From an uncultured delta proteobacterium (GTDB lineage Bacteria; Desulfobacterota; Binatia; UBA9968), in assembly GCA_963816145.1 (NCBI GenBank), contig CAWFJP010000003.1, forward strand, positions 320,001 to 384,000: a stretch of 64,000 nucleotides of DNA, given 5' to 3'. Every line of letters starts with the position of its first letter. Positions within the stretch are counted from its first letter, which is position 1. Below the pieces are notes generated by a model, which was not told the origin of the DNA, did no database searches, and was given only the letters and a program-made list of their open reading frames with translations. Both the position numbers and the translations under genes were made by a program. Below, one piece after another: positions 1-9,539 of this stretch.

Positions 1-284
1 GGAGTTTCGTAAACACCGGTGAAACCTTCGGTGATCAGCAGCCATGTCTTGGCGCCCTTGCGTTCCAAGAGCGCATTGGTCGCCACGGTCGTCGCGTGGA
101 AGAGAAAGCTAACGTCCTCCGGCAACCGACCGTTGCCGAAAAACTCGTCGAGCGCCTGCATCACGCCCTGGGTCAAATCCGCCGGCGTGCTCAGAACCTT
201 GGAATTGAAAACTCCGCCGCCTTGCTCGTCGAGCACGGAAAAATCCGTAAACGTCCCGCCAATATCGATGCCGACTCTGTACAT
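1..284 (-). CDS. Hydantoinase A / oxoprolinase family protein, N-terminal part (runs off the window)
   Basis: Manual translation from ATG at 284: MYRVGIDIGGTFTD...KVLSTP...HATTVATNALLERKGAKTWLLITEGF. GIDIGGTFTD and TTVATNALLE are family motifs. Not in the ORF track because its stop lies outside the window. Confidence 0.9.
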   Translation of the reverse strand, partial: MYRVGIDIGGTFTDFSVLDEQGGGVFNSKVLSTPADLTQGVMQALDEFFGNGRLPEDVSFLFHATTVATNALLERKGAKTWLLITEGFTGVYET

Positions 285-359
285 CTTTCAAGCCGCCTTC
301 ATTCGTGGGTCCTTAACCTATTCTCATACTATGAACTGTATCTGCTTTGCGAATCTATC

Positions 360-479
360 GTTCCAGTAGTTCCAAAGGTTCCAAGCTGTTCCAATCGTTT
401 TCGGAGGTCCGGAGGGTTCCGAAAACGGCTGGAACCCAGCGCAGCGATGGAACGGTTGGAACGATTGAAACGAGTTCCA
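360..479. repeat. Inverted pair of ~9-bp-period GTTCCA/TGGAAC arrays around a hairpin
   Basis: GTTCCA at 360, 369, 378, 388; stem CGTTTTCGGA/TCCGAAAACG 396-427; TGGAAC or TGAAAC at 430, 448, 457, 466. Confidence 0.85.
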
Positions 480-483
480 ATAA

Positions 484-1930
484 TTAAGCCCAATAAGTCG
501 TCCGATCGATGGGGATATGCTGCAAGACTTCACCCGCAACGAAATCTTCAATGCGAATCCGTGCCATCGCTTCATCGGGGCACTTCGATACCGGCGAGAA
601 CGGCCGGTCGAGCGGCTTGGTCGCATCGACGATCATCGCCGAAGTTTTGCGCGGGTCGACCATCGACGGATCGATCAAGCTGCCGCGCATGATCTCTTTT
701 ATGATCGACACTTGCAGGTGTGGCTGGACGCGGGTGGCGACAGCCCAGAGGATCTCCGTGGGATCGTAGACGTTGATGTCTTCATCGAAGACAAAAACGT
801 TCTTGCACCAATCCCAGGTCAATACCGCCGCCGCGGCGCGGCCGGGATCGCCCTCGGATAGTTTCTTCATCGAGATGAAAACGTTGAGCAGCGCGTGGCG
901 CCCACTGGTGCAGACCGCCACGACGTTCGGCACCGCTTCGCGGGCGCGGCGCAAATACGCGCCTTCCCGCGCCAGGTCCATCCACGGTTTGTCCCCTTCC
1001 GGCGTGAGAATCGAGGTGTGCATGGCGCCCTTGCGCCGGGTGATCGCCCGAACTTCGTAGTGTGCCGATTGCTGATAACCTTGAAGGCCGAGATAACCAT
1101 TGACCTCGCCGAAGGGTCCTTCGACCATGCGCTTGCCGGGAAGCAAGGCGCCTTCGATGACGATCTCCGCGTCCGCCGGAACCAATAAGCGTTCACCCCA
1201 AGTCTCCGACGGCACGAGACGCAGCGGTTCCTGCATATAACCGCCGATGATATCGTATTCGCTGATCTCGAATCGGCCGCCGTAACAGGCGCCCATCTGA
1301 TAGGCCGGATGATGGCCGATCACCGTCGCCACCGGACACTCTTCTCCCGCTTCCTCGTAGCTGCGGAAGATGCGCCACATATGTTGCAGCGTCATCAAAA
1401 ATCCGGTGTGGTTGCGATCCTTTACCTCCATGCGGTGATAGGAGCAGTTGTAAACCCCGCTGTTGCGGTCTCTGGCGACGCTCGACAGATCGATATACGG
1501 ACCGCCGTCCATTTCATGGTGCTTGAGCAACGGCAGCTCATAGAGGTCCACCGCATCGCCAGTTTGAATAATCTCCTTCACCGGTGCGGTATCTTTGCTG
1601 ACGATTACCGGCCCGATGCTTCCCGCCTCCCGGCGCAAGCATTCGCGCGCCATCTCGGCGCGATCCATGTCCGCCGGCAGCCCCAGCGCGACTTGAATCT
1701 TCTTCTGCGAATTCTCCGCGCTCATGACCACTTTCATGTCAGTCGGCCGGCCATGTGCGTTGAGCGGATTATCGAAGACCAAAACCGGGAATTTTTTCAA
1801 ACGCGCCAAGATGCTTGACGATAGCTGTAATGTCGTAGGTCAGCGGATTGACGGGCTTGGATATATTAACGATCTCGTTCGGGTATGCGTGGCGCATATC
1901 TTCGAGAAACGTTCTGAGGTTTTTAGGCAT
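484..1930 (-). CDS. UbiD-family (prFMN) decarboxylase, +1 frameshift near 1800
   Basis: ORF 484..1809 has DGGPY, YHR, EGPFGE and VFDEDINVYDPTEILWAVATR. A UbiD-like N-terminus MPKNLRTFLEDMR starts at ATG 1930 in a frame offset by 1 nt. Confidence 0.88.
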
Positions 1931-1953
1931 GAAATTGACCCCAATCTTCGGAC

Positions 1954-1977
1954 GGGCGATTCATGAATCGCCCCTAC
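1954..1977 (-). repeat. REP palindrome GTAGGGGCGATTCATGAATCGCCC
   Basis: GTAG tetranucleotide followed by a palindrome; the RAYT stop codon lies inside it. Confidence 0.9.
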
Positions 1978-2539
1978 GTTCTGATTCAAATGCTACCGGA
2001 TTCTCATGGTCGAATTCCCACTGTGCCGGGTTGTCGGAGATGTACTGTCGAATGCGGTTTAGTGATCCGTCGTCACGGATGACGTGTTCGTAATAATTAC
2101 GTTGCCACAGGGGCTGGCCCGACGATCCACGTAAAGCATTGATTTGCTTTGCCGAAACCATTTTGAATCGACCAATCAATTTTGCCAATAACATACGGCG
2201 GCGCTGCGCAACCGGCACCGCGTGTGAGGGCGAATCGTGAATCGTCCCTACAGGCTGATTAATCACGACAACCCCATGCACGTGATTGGGCATCACAACG
2301 AATGCATCCAATTCGATTCCGTCATAGAATCGCGGCAAATCATCCCACACTGAACAAATGATCAGGCCGGCCTGATTCAATTGCATATGCCGATCTACGA
2401 CGTTACCAAACAGGCATTGTCGATCTCTTGCACAAATGGTGATGTAATAGGCCCCAAATCGAGAATAGTCATAACCCTGCAAACGAATCGACTGCCGGTT
2501 ACGTCTCTGGAATGATGAATCCTTGGCCGTTGCTTTCAC
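1961..2539 (-). mobile_element. REP-associated tyrosine transposase (RAYT, Y1/IS200-like HUH)
   Basis: SIRLQGYDYS..GAYYITIC, VVMPNHVHG (HUH) and WQRNYYEHVIRD...YISDNP (catalytic Tyr); flanked by GTAG-type REPs. Confidence 0.92.
2226..2251 (-). repeat. REP copy inside the RAYT coding sequence
   Basis: GTAGGGACGATTCACGATTCGCCCTC, translated in frame as VGTIHDSPS. Confidence 0.85.
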
Positions 2540-2577
2540 ACTGCCTCTGCGTCGCCATGTTCCTAATTTGGTTTTAC

Positions 2578-2603
2578 GTAGGGGCGATTCACGAATCGCC
2601 CTC
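2578..2603 (+). repeat. REP palindrome GTAGGGGCGATTCACGAATCGCCCTC
   Basis: Near-identical to the 1954-1977 copy, in opposite orientation, upstream of RAYT. Confidence 0.9.
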
Positions 2604-2776
2604 CCCGATTATCGCCTCCTGCGGTTCCTATCACGCCAATTATCCATTGGACAACGTCTTCGAAGTCGCAAACCCTCTCGGACTAACGGCTATTCTCCAT
2701 TATCCATTGACTTGCACCCCTCCCACGAGTGAGATATTTCAATAAGAAAGAGCTATTAAGCAAAGGAGTTAATACC

Positions 2777-3859
2777 ATGGGCATTATCGAACGAACCTAC
2801 GGCACGGCGAAGAACGCGCCGACCAATGAATTGCTAATCTCCTCGGACTCCCATGTCATCGAACCGGCGGGATTGTGGCAACGGGAGCTGCCAAAACAAT
2901 TTAAGGACCGGGCGCCGGACTTCGGCGGCCAGCGGCCCAACGATACACCGGGCGGCGCCCAGGACAAGAACAAGCGGGTCGCCGAGATGGCCGCCGACGG
3001 CGTCAGCGCGGAGGTTCTCTACGCCACCCACGGCTTGAAGTGTTTGAGCATAGGCGACCACGAGTTGGAAGCTGCCTGCGCGCGCGTCTACAACGATTGG
3101 CTTATCGACTATTGCAGCGCCGCCCCCGACCGGCTGATCGGCATCGCCATGCTGTCCATGTATGACATCCCCGAGGCGGTGAAAGAGATGGAGCGCTGCC
3201 ACAAGGCCGGCATGCGCGGCTCCGTGATCTGGCAGGTACCGGATCCGGCGCTGCCGTTCTCCTCGCCGCACTACGACAAGTTCTGGGCCGCGTCGCAGGA
3301 TCTCAACATGCCGGTCAACCTGCATATCTTGAGTGGCTTTGGTTACAGCCGCAGCCGTTCCTTCGGCCAGGGCGACACCCCCACCGGCATGACCGCTGAA
3401 CATAACAGCGTCAACATGAAGCTGTTTCAGTCGGTCGATAGCCTTTACGACCTGATCTATTCCGGCGTGCTCGAACGATTTCCCAAACTGAAAATCGTGC
3501 TCGTCGAAAACGAGCTGGGTTGGATACCGTTTGTCTTGGAGCAGTGGGATTACTATTTCAAACGCCACGGCGCCAATCGCGCGGGGTTAGCGATCAAAAA
3601 GCTGCCGAGCGAGTACTTCCACAATCAGATCTACACCACCTTCTTCAACGACGCCGTCGGCGGCCACACGCTGACCTGGTGGGGCCAGGACAACTGCATG
3701 TGGTCCAATGACTTTCCGCACGGCAACTCAACCTGGCCCAACTCGCGCGAGGTCATCGCCCGCGATTTAGGCAACCTGCCGGCCGCAGTGCGCGCCAAAC
3801 TGGTGCGTGAAAACGTCGCGAAGTTGTATAACATTCCGGTGCCGACACCGGTTCAGTAA
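2777..3859 (+). CDS. Amidohydrolase_2 family protein
   Basis: ISSDSHV, YNDWL, PVNLHI, LERFPKLKIVLVE, MWSNDFPH; RBS AAGGAG before ATG 2777. Confidence 0.88.
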   Translation: MGIIERTYGTAKNAPTNELLISSDSHVIEPAGLWQRELPKQFKDRAPDFGGQRPNDTPGGAQDKNKRVAEMAADGVSAEVLYATHGLKCLSIGDHELEAACARVYNDWLIDYCSAAPDRLIGIAMLSMYDIPEAVKEMERCHKAGMRGSVIWQVPDPALPFSSPHYDKFWAASQDLNMPVNLHILSGFGYSRSRSFGQGDTPTGMTAEHNSVNMKLFQSVDSLYDLIYSGVLERFPKLKIVLVENELGWIPFVLEQWDYYFKRHGANRAGLAIKKLPSEYFHNQIYTTFFNDAVGGHTLTWWGQDNCMWSNDFPHGNSTWPNSREVIARDLGNLPAAVRAKLVRENVAKLYNIPVPTPVQ

Positions 3860-3864
3860 ACGCC

Positions 3865-3905
3865 AAACCGCCGCGGTTTGTCACCGACAAGCCGCGGCGG
3901 TTTTT
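3865..3905. terminator. Rho-independent terminator, probably bidirectional
   Basis: AAACCGCCGCGGTTTGTC-ACC-GACAAGCCGCGGCGGTTTTT between convergent genes. Confidence 0.85.
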
Positions 3906-3972
3906 CATCGCCTAACAACAATCCCGCTCTTCAATCCGCTGCCTAAGCGAAAAGCGGATCTCCGCCTGTCGC

Positions 3973-5403
3973 TCAACCAATCCCAGCCAGTTCCTTGGCC
4001 AATCTAACGTACGGACTTAAATCGTAGGCGCCCACGAGCCGCTGTTTGTTGGTGGCCAGGCTGGCGACGTTGAACATCTCGAACAAGAGCTGCCGCGAGC
4101 CGAACGAGTCGCAGGCGTACTCCCAGGCGAGCTTCAACATGCGAAACATTTCTTCGGTGCGATCGTTCTCGCCGACGAAATAGCGCTGGAGGTGGGGGCC
4201 GACCTCTGGATGGTTCATATCGGCTTGGCTCGGCGACATCAGGATACCTGAGCCACACAACTCTCGGATCAGCTGCATCATCTGCGGGTAACCCTCGATC
4301 GAAAAGATGCGCGCTGCCTGGGCCGGTGTCCAGTTGGGCAGGGTTAGGCCCGATGGAGAGCGCACCGGGTTCATCTCAGCAACTTGAATAAATGCTCTCA
4401 TCGTCTCCAGGTAGATGATCGCGTCGGCCAGGGACAGTTGCACATGGGGCTGTTTGAAAGTACCGAGATACTCCGCCATCGAGGCGCAGATGCCGAGCAG
4501 CACCTCCGCCTTGACCGCCAGCCGAACCAGAACATACCAAGGTCCGATGCCCATGGCCCCTTGGAAGAGCCGCGCGTAGAGACCAGGGTCCTCGGGATGG
4601 GATTGGCGCAAATAGAAGACACGTTCCCAAGGTATAAACACATTGTCGAACAGCACCATGGCGTCCATCTCGTCCCAGTGCGGACTCAGCGGATGGTCCT
4701 CGGGGTTGCGCGCCGTCATGGATTCGCGGCAGACGAGCTGGATACCTTGGGCGTTCACCGGCACAGCGAAGTAAACGACCTCATCGGGCTGTAGGTTGGG
4801 TCTGGGTTGGGTGAGGCAGAGAATTTCATTGGCGTAGGGTGCCTGGGTTCCCACGCCTTTGGCCCCGCGCACGACGATGCCGTCGGCCCGTCTCTCCACC
4901 ACCTTCAAGAATTCTTGCTTGGATTCGGGATGGCTTCGGTGGTGAAACGGATCGTTGAAAATGGTGGCGATGCTCAAATCGTTTTCGCGGCAATACTCGA
5001 AATAGCGCGTAACATTCTTCGCGAAATCCGGATTCTCCTGGCCGAAGATATCGCGGCTATCGTGCAGCCCTAAAATCACCGTCGCCAAATGCTGCGGCAG
5101 ACGCGCCGCCACGCCACCGGCCCGCCGCACGAGGAACTCGTACATCTTGCGCTGACGGATCAAATCTTCGACCGATTGGGGCAATAGATAAGCTAAACTC
5201 ACCCGCTCGCCCGTCGCCGGCGAAGCCATGGTCAGCAGCTCCTGATGGGCTGGATCATGTTGTAGATCAAAAACCCCGGCAACGCTGCGCGCGCAGCCTG
5301 CCAAACTCGGATGCGCGGTCACGTCCACCAGTTGACCTTGCAGCCACACGCGCCGCCCATCCCTCAAGCTTTGTAGATATTGCTCTCCTCGACGTATTGG
5401 CAT
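3973..5403 (-). CDS. 4-hydroxyphenylacetate 3-monooxygenase oxygenase-like (HpaB family)
   Basis: GEQYLQSLRDGRRVW, DGIVVRGAK, HPLS..WDEMDAMVLFDNVFIPWERVF, FGSRQLLFE. Confidence 0.88.
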   Translation of the reverse strand: MPIRRGEQYLQSLRDGRRVWLQGQLVDVTAHPSLAGCARSVAGVFDLQHDPAHQELLTMASPATGERVSLAYLLPQSVEDLIRQRKMYEFLVRRAGGVAARLPQHLATVILGLHDSRDIFGQENPDFAKNVTRYFEYCRENDLSIATIFNDPFHHRSHPESKQEFLKVVERRADGIVVRGAKGVGTQAPYANEILCLTQPRPNLQPDEVVYFAVPVNAQGIQLVCRESMTARNPEDHPLSPHWDEMDAMVLFDNVFIPWERVFYLRQSHPEDPGLYARLFQGAMGIGPWYVLVRLAVKAEVLLGICASMAEYLGTFKQPHVQLSLADAIIYLETMRAFIQVAEMNPVRSPSGLTLPNWTPAQAARIFSIEGYPQMMQLIRELCGSGILMSPSQADMNHPEVGPHLQRYFVGENDRTEEMFRMLKLAWEYACDSFGSRQLLFEMFNVASLATNKQRLVGAYDLSPYVRLAKELAGIG

Positions 5404-5484
5404 TTAACTAGCTTTCAACCAACTATTTGCGGTTAGTACAAATGAAAGCGACGCGCCGTCATAGCGAGCCCTTCAGCTTCGTCG

Positions 5485-5514
5485 AAACTATCCGATTACT
5501 TGAAACAAAGTCAA
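5485..5514 (-). promoter_or_regulatory. Candidate sigma70 promoter for the HpaB-like gene
   Basis: TTGACT-18 nt-TAGTTT about 80 nt upstream of the ATG. Confidence 0.4.
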
Positions 5515-5609
5515 TTTGGGCAAAACGGAGGCCAGTTGGAATGTCGGCTCGCACTATGAAAATGAGTTATTGAAAACCTGCTCGCTGGCTAAAACGGATA
5601 CCCCACGGA

Positions 5610-5672
5610 ATTTAACGGATCGGCGGGTGAGCCGTGGACCGCAGGGCCATCGGTTCCATCCGCTGGTTCGAC
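5610..5672 (-). mobile_element. attC-like integron cassette recombination site (no intI in window)
   Basis: Minus strand GTCGAAC-CAGCG-GATGGAAC-CGA-TGGCCCTGCGGTCCA-CG-GCTCACC-CGCCGATCC-GTTAAAT: R''/L''/L'/R' layout with two unpaired bases and R' matching GTTRRRY. Confidence 0.6.
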
Positions 5673-5684
5673 CGCCGCAGGCGG

Positions 5685-5721
5685 GCGCAACCAGCGTGGC
5701 TCACCCGCCGACCCGTTCGCA
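5685..5721 (+). repeat. Inverted, internally deleted copy of the attC-like site
   Basis: GCGCAAC-CAGCG-TG-GCTCACCCGCCGACCC-GTTCGCA; 5698-5717 is 19/20 complementary to 5614-5633. Confidence 0.6.
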
Positions 5722-5778
5722 CGACCTTCTGCGGTCGGGCGAACGTATTACGTTTATACCCGCACAGCAGCACCTAGC

Positions 5779-6700
5779 TTAGTTTATTCGTAGAGCGTCG
5801 GCCAGCGCTTCCAACTGCTCGGTGTAGCGGCAGACTGGATTCAAAATCAGATGGTTCACGCCAGTCTCAGCCAGCTCCTCGATCTTGCCACGTACATCTT
5901 CCGGCGTGCCGTAGAACCCCGACTGCGCCGCTCCCTTGGTGTTGCGATAAACGGTCATGAACCAGCGCTCGAGTTCGGCGCGTGCCACATCGGCGTGTTC
6001 GTGCACGGACAGGAAAACGCGCTTCGACAGCGGATAGCTTGCCGGATCGCGGCCGGCGCGTTCCAGCTCCTCTTTCATCAGCGCGATGTCGCGGCGAAAC
6101 GCTTCGAAGCTGCCACCGCCCGCTCCCATCCAGCCGTCGGCGATGGCTGCGGCGCGCCGAATCGCGTCGGGGTGAGTGCCGCCGAGCCAGATCGGCGGAC
6201 CGGGCTGCTGTACCGGCTTTACACCGAGCTTCGCTCCCGTGAGCTGAAAGATGGTGCCGCTGTAATTGACTTCCGAGTCTATCCAAAGACGTCTGATCAG
6301 CTCCACACTCTCGCGAAACCGCGCCACGCGCCGCTCGCTGGGGATCTGAAACTCGGCGTAGTGACTGCTTCGTCCCAAGCCTGCCCCGAGAATCGCCCGG
6401 CCGCCGCTCAAGTAATCCAGATGTCGCAATCTGGTGCGCAACGTGGATCGGGTGGTGCAATGGCAGCACCATCACCGACACTCCCAGTCGAATCTTCGTC
6501 GTCACGGCCGCGGCATAAGTCAGCGCCACTACCGAGTCGAGGCAAAAGACATGGTCCAGGGTATTCTCGGTCACCCAAAGGTCGCGGAAGCCGAGCTCTT
6601 CAGCGCGCTGAGCGACCCGGCGCACCGCGGCGATATCGATTGGTTCCGGAGAACGATGCGGCAACGAAAAGCCGAAAGTTATTTTATCGATGAGAGCCAT
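5779..6700 (-). CDS. LLM-class (luciferase-like) flavin/F420 oxidoreductase, +1 frameshift near 6421
   Basis: N-half (AEELGFRDLWVTE, AAVTTKIRLG, HPIHVAHQIAT) joins C-half (LDYLSGGRAILGAGLG, KPVQQPGPPIWLGG, DGWM) by removing one base. Confidence 0.85.
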
Positions 6701-6856
6701 GGTGCGAAATCAACTCACCTTCCATTCGGGCTTAATCGTAGCAATCAATCAGACTTGTATATGCCCATTAGACCCGCACGCCGCGCGTTAGACATGGCAG
6801 GTTCGGTTGCGTTCGTATCGGAAATCTCTGTCACAAATGCGTATGAACGCAGCAAC

Positions 6857-7252
6857 TCACTTGCCGAAGTCTTCGGCCCTCAGCTCGATCGGCTTGCCAT
6901 GCGGCGTGCGATGCATGGCGTGCTCCCAGGCTTGGAAATGGTCGGTGAGCGCCTGCGCGGAGGTCGCGCCTTTTTCGGCGACCATGCGTTCGAGGGTGGC
7001 GAGCCAGTGGTGGTAGTAGGTATCGCCGGTGTCGGGATCGCCGGCGGCCTGGGCTTTCTTGATTTCCTCGCCAAGCATCGCGGACCACTCGGGCCAGGCG
7101 AACAGACCTTTTTCGTGTAGCGCCAGCGCCATCGCGAATGCATGGGCTTCCCAGGGCGCGCGAAAGACCGGACCGGCGGCATCGCGCGGGATGCCCGGAA
7201 CCGCTTCGGCGGCTTTGCGTGCAGCTTCAGGCTCGATCAACTTTTCAGACAT
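6857..7252 (-). CDS. Nitrile hydratase accessory/activator protein (P14K-like)
   Basis: PVFRAPWEAHAFAMALAL, YYHHWLATLE, TPHGKPIEL; directly downstream of the beta subunit. Confidence 0.9.
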   Translation of the reverse strand: MSEKLIEPEAARKAAEAVPGIPRDAAGPVFRAPWEAHAFAMALALHEKGLFAWPEWSAMLGEEIKKAQAAGDPDTGDTYYHHWLATLERMVAEKGATSAQALTDHFQAWEHAMHRTPHGKPIELRAEDFGK

Positions 7253-7904
7253 GTTCCAGATACGGCTCGAACGCTTCGATGGAAACTTTCAACGTGGGGT
7301 CCGCGTCCGCGCCCCAAAGCTCTTGGGCTTCGAAACGCACTGTGTATAGCCACTGCGGATCGTCGCCTTTGCCGGCAGCGACCGAGTCGGGAAAAGCGTG
7401 AGTGCCGTGCAGGCGCTCGACCATACCGATGTGGCCGCGCGCGTAGCGCGGCAGGCGTGTATGCGTCTTCGGGTGAATGTTCTTGGTGCGCACGCGGTCG
7501 CCGATTTTGAACTGAGCCGGTCTTTGCGCGGGTCGATAAAACGAGCCGCGCTTGGTGACCTTGTCTATATCGTCCAGGGAGAAGGCTCCGCGAGTTTTAC
7601 TTTTTGCAGGGCGCAGGGCGCGGCCGGCGGCAACTTCGTCGGCGTCGATTAGGCCGCGTTCGATGAGCAGGTTTTGATTACGGACAAACCATTTCTCATA
7701 GTATGGCCGACTCAAATAAAAAGCCGGCGTCATAATTTCAATTGCGTAGCGGCTGGTGTCAATGGTCCAAGCGCGGAACACACCGATGGCGCGGCTCATC
7801 GCCAGCACGCGCCCCTCCCAGCGATGATGAAAGACCGGCTCGTTGAACTCGGGCTCGACCTTGCCGAACCCGTCCATGCCGCCCATATCGTGCACGCCGT
7901 CCAT
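7245..7904 (-). CDS. nthB: Nitrile hydratase beta subunit
   Basis: MDGVHDMGGMDGFG, WEGRV, HTRLPRYARG, YTVRF..ELWG; true start at 7904 overlaps the alpha stop. Confidence 0.95.
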   Translation of the reverse strand: MDGVHDMGGMDGFGKVEPEFNEPVFHHRWEGRVLAMSRAIGVFRAWTIDTSRYAIEIMTPAFYLSRPYYEKWFVRNQNLLIERGLIDADEVAAGRALRPAKSKTRGAFSLDDIDKVTKRGSFYRPAQRPAQFKIGDRVRTKNIHPKTHTRLPRYARGHIGMVERLHGTHAFPDSVAAGKGDDPQWLYTVRFEAQELWGADADPTLKVSIEAFEPYLEHV

Positions 7905-8530
7905 CAGGCCACCTCGCTGGGCTTTTTCACCAATCCAGTACCGACCATACTGTCGCGCGTAATCAACTTGGCGAGCTGCGCCTCGCTCCAACCTTCGGTG
8001 CCAGCCGGACGCATGGGCACCACCATGTAGCGCGTCTCGGCGGTCGAGTCCCAAACCCGAATCTCGGTCTCGACCGGCAAAGTCACACCGAAATCCGCCA
8101 GCACCCCGCGCGGATCTTTTACAACTCGCGAACGGTAGGCGAAGGACTTGTACCAGGTTGGCGGCAGGCCGAGCACATCGGTCGGATAGCAAGAGCACAA
8201 TGTGCAGACGATCATGTTGTGCAGCTGCGCCGTGTTCTCGACGGCGATCAGATGCTCGCCCACCCGTCCCACCTGATCGGCAATCGTCGCGACTGCCTTG
8301 CTGGCGTCGTCAAGAAGCGATTGTTTAAAAGTCGGATCGTTCCAAGCCTTGGCGATGACCTGTGCGCCGATATGCGGGCCGATTTTGGTTTCATATAGCT
8401 CGACGATGCGATCGAGCGCGGCGGGTTCGATATATCCTTTGTCGACCAAAATGGTTTCGAGCGCGCGCACCCGCAGATCCATCTCGGAAAGATTCGAGCC
8501 CTCGTCGTGATCATGATCATGTTCAGCCAT
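7904..8530 (-). CDS. nthA: Nitrile hydratase alpha subunit, cobalt type
   Basis: VCTLCSCY metal motif (Thr/Tyr indicates Co type), His-rich N-terminus MAEHDHDHD, GLPPTWYKS..YRSR. Confidence 0.95.
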   Translation of the reverse strand: MAEHDHDHDEGSNLSEMDLRVRALETILVDKGYIEPAALDRIVELYETKIGPHIGAQVIAKAWNDPTFKQSLLDDASKAVATIADQVGRVGEHLIAVENTAQLHNMIVCTLCSCYPTDVLGLPPTWYKSFAYRSRVVKDPRGVLADFGVTLPVETEIRVWDSTAETRYMVVPMRPAGTEGWSEAQLAKLITRDSMVGTGLVKKPSEVA

Positions 8531-8589
8531 AAGCGAAATATAACCAAGGAAACCGGCGGCATGCAATCGAAATATTGCCTCTGCATCTA

Positions 8590-8724
8590 CCCTCACCCCA
8601 GCCCTCTCCCATCGGAATGGGCGAGGGTGTCGGATGCGGATCACGATGCGAGTCGAAGGGTAGCACTTTTTTGAGCAATCCAAGTTCCCTCGCCTGCCTT
8701 TGCGGGAGAGGGTTAGGGTGAGGG
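8590..8724. repeat. Inverted pair of CCCTCACCC..CCCTCTCCC..GGG.GAGGG REP-like palindromes
   Basis: 8590-8627 and a reverse-oriented copy at 8687-8724. Confidence 0.8.
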
Positions 8725-8793
8725 AATCGCTTAATGAAGTCGTTGACTGCTGGAGACAAACCAAAAGTTGCGGATGCGAAAACTGTCCCCCTC

Positions 8794-9539
8794 TTAATGA
8801 AAGATACTTCCCCCATCCACCACGATCGCCTGCCCGGTCATAAAGTCGCTGTCGGGGGAGCAAAGGAAAATCAATGTGCCCATCAGATCGTCCGGGCGTT
8901 TGCAACCGTTTGATCGAGCGCTCTTTGAGTTGCAATTCGGTTAGCGCTTTGGGAGCATTCTGCCCTTCGTGCTCGACCAGATCCCGGGGCGATGGCGTTG
9001 ACGCAGATGCCGAACTCGCCGACTTCCCGCGCCAGCGAACGGGTCATGCCGATGAGCGCCGCCTTCGATGCAACGTAGTGGAGAAAGTTCGGCGTGCCCC
9101 AGTAGGCGGTCGATGACGAGATGTTGATGATTTTACCCTGCCGCTGCTCTTTCATCTGCGGGAACACCGCCTTAGCGCAAAGAAAGGGTCCCTTAATATT
9201 GACCGCGGAGACTTTATCCCATTCATCGCCGCTGATTTCGTAAAACGGATGGCGCTGGATGTTGATGAAGATCGCTGCGTTGTTGATGAGAATGTCGATG
9301 CGGCCGAACGCTTTCACCGCCTCGGCGGCCATCCGGTTGGTGTCGTCTTCTTTCGACACATCGACCTTGAGCGCCAGCGCTTTGCCGCCCTTGACTCGAA
9401 TCTCTTCGGCGGTCACTTCTCCGTCGAGAATGTCGGCGATCACCACCGCCGCACCCTCTTCGGCCAAGCGCCGGCAGTATGCCGCGCCGATGTGGCGCGC
9501 GCCGCCGGTGACGATGGCAACCTTGCCTGCCAATCTCAT
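8794..9539 (-). CDS. SDR oxidoreductase, two +1 frameshifts (~8981, ~8893)
   Basis: MRLAGKVAIVTGG, NNAA, YVASK; corrected C-terminus APGLVEHEG...TPDDLMGTLIFLCSPDSDFMTGQAIVVDGG, stop at 8794. Confidence 0.85.

Noticed and set aside
360-479. CRISPR array (GTTCCAAT / ATTGAAAC resemble CRISPR repeat ends)
   Set aside because: Units are 6 bp with 3-nt linkers; there are no 25-40 bp repeats, unique spacers or cas genes.
1790-1802. Programmed ribosomal frameshift in ubiD (TTTGAAAAAAT)
   Set aside because: One of many similar +1 indels in unrelated genes; sequencing error is more parsimonious.
5516-5782. 88-aa ORF in the intergenic region
   Set aside because: Runs through the attC-like palindromes, TTG start, no recognisable homology.
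6805-6856. Hairpin downstream of the nitrile hydratase accessory gene as a riboswitch
   Set aside because: Only an imperfect stem; no cobalamin or NiCo riboswitch consensus recognised.
8531-8935. Long N-terminal extension of nitrile hydratase alpha
   Set aside because: Consists of frameshifted SDR tail and repeat-derived sequence; the His-rich start at 8530 is typical.
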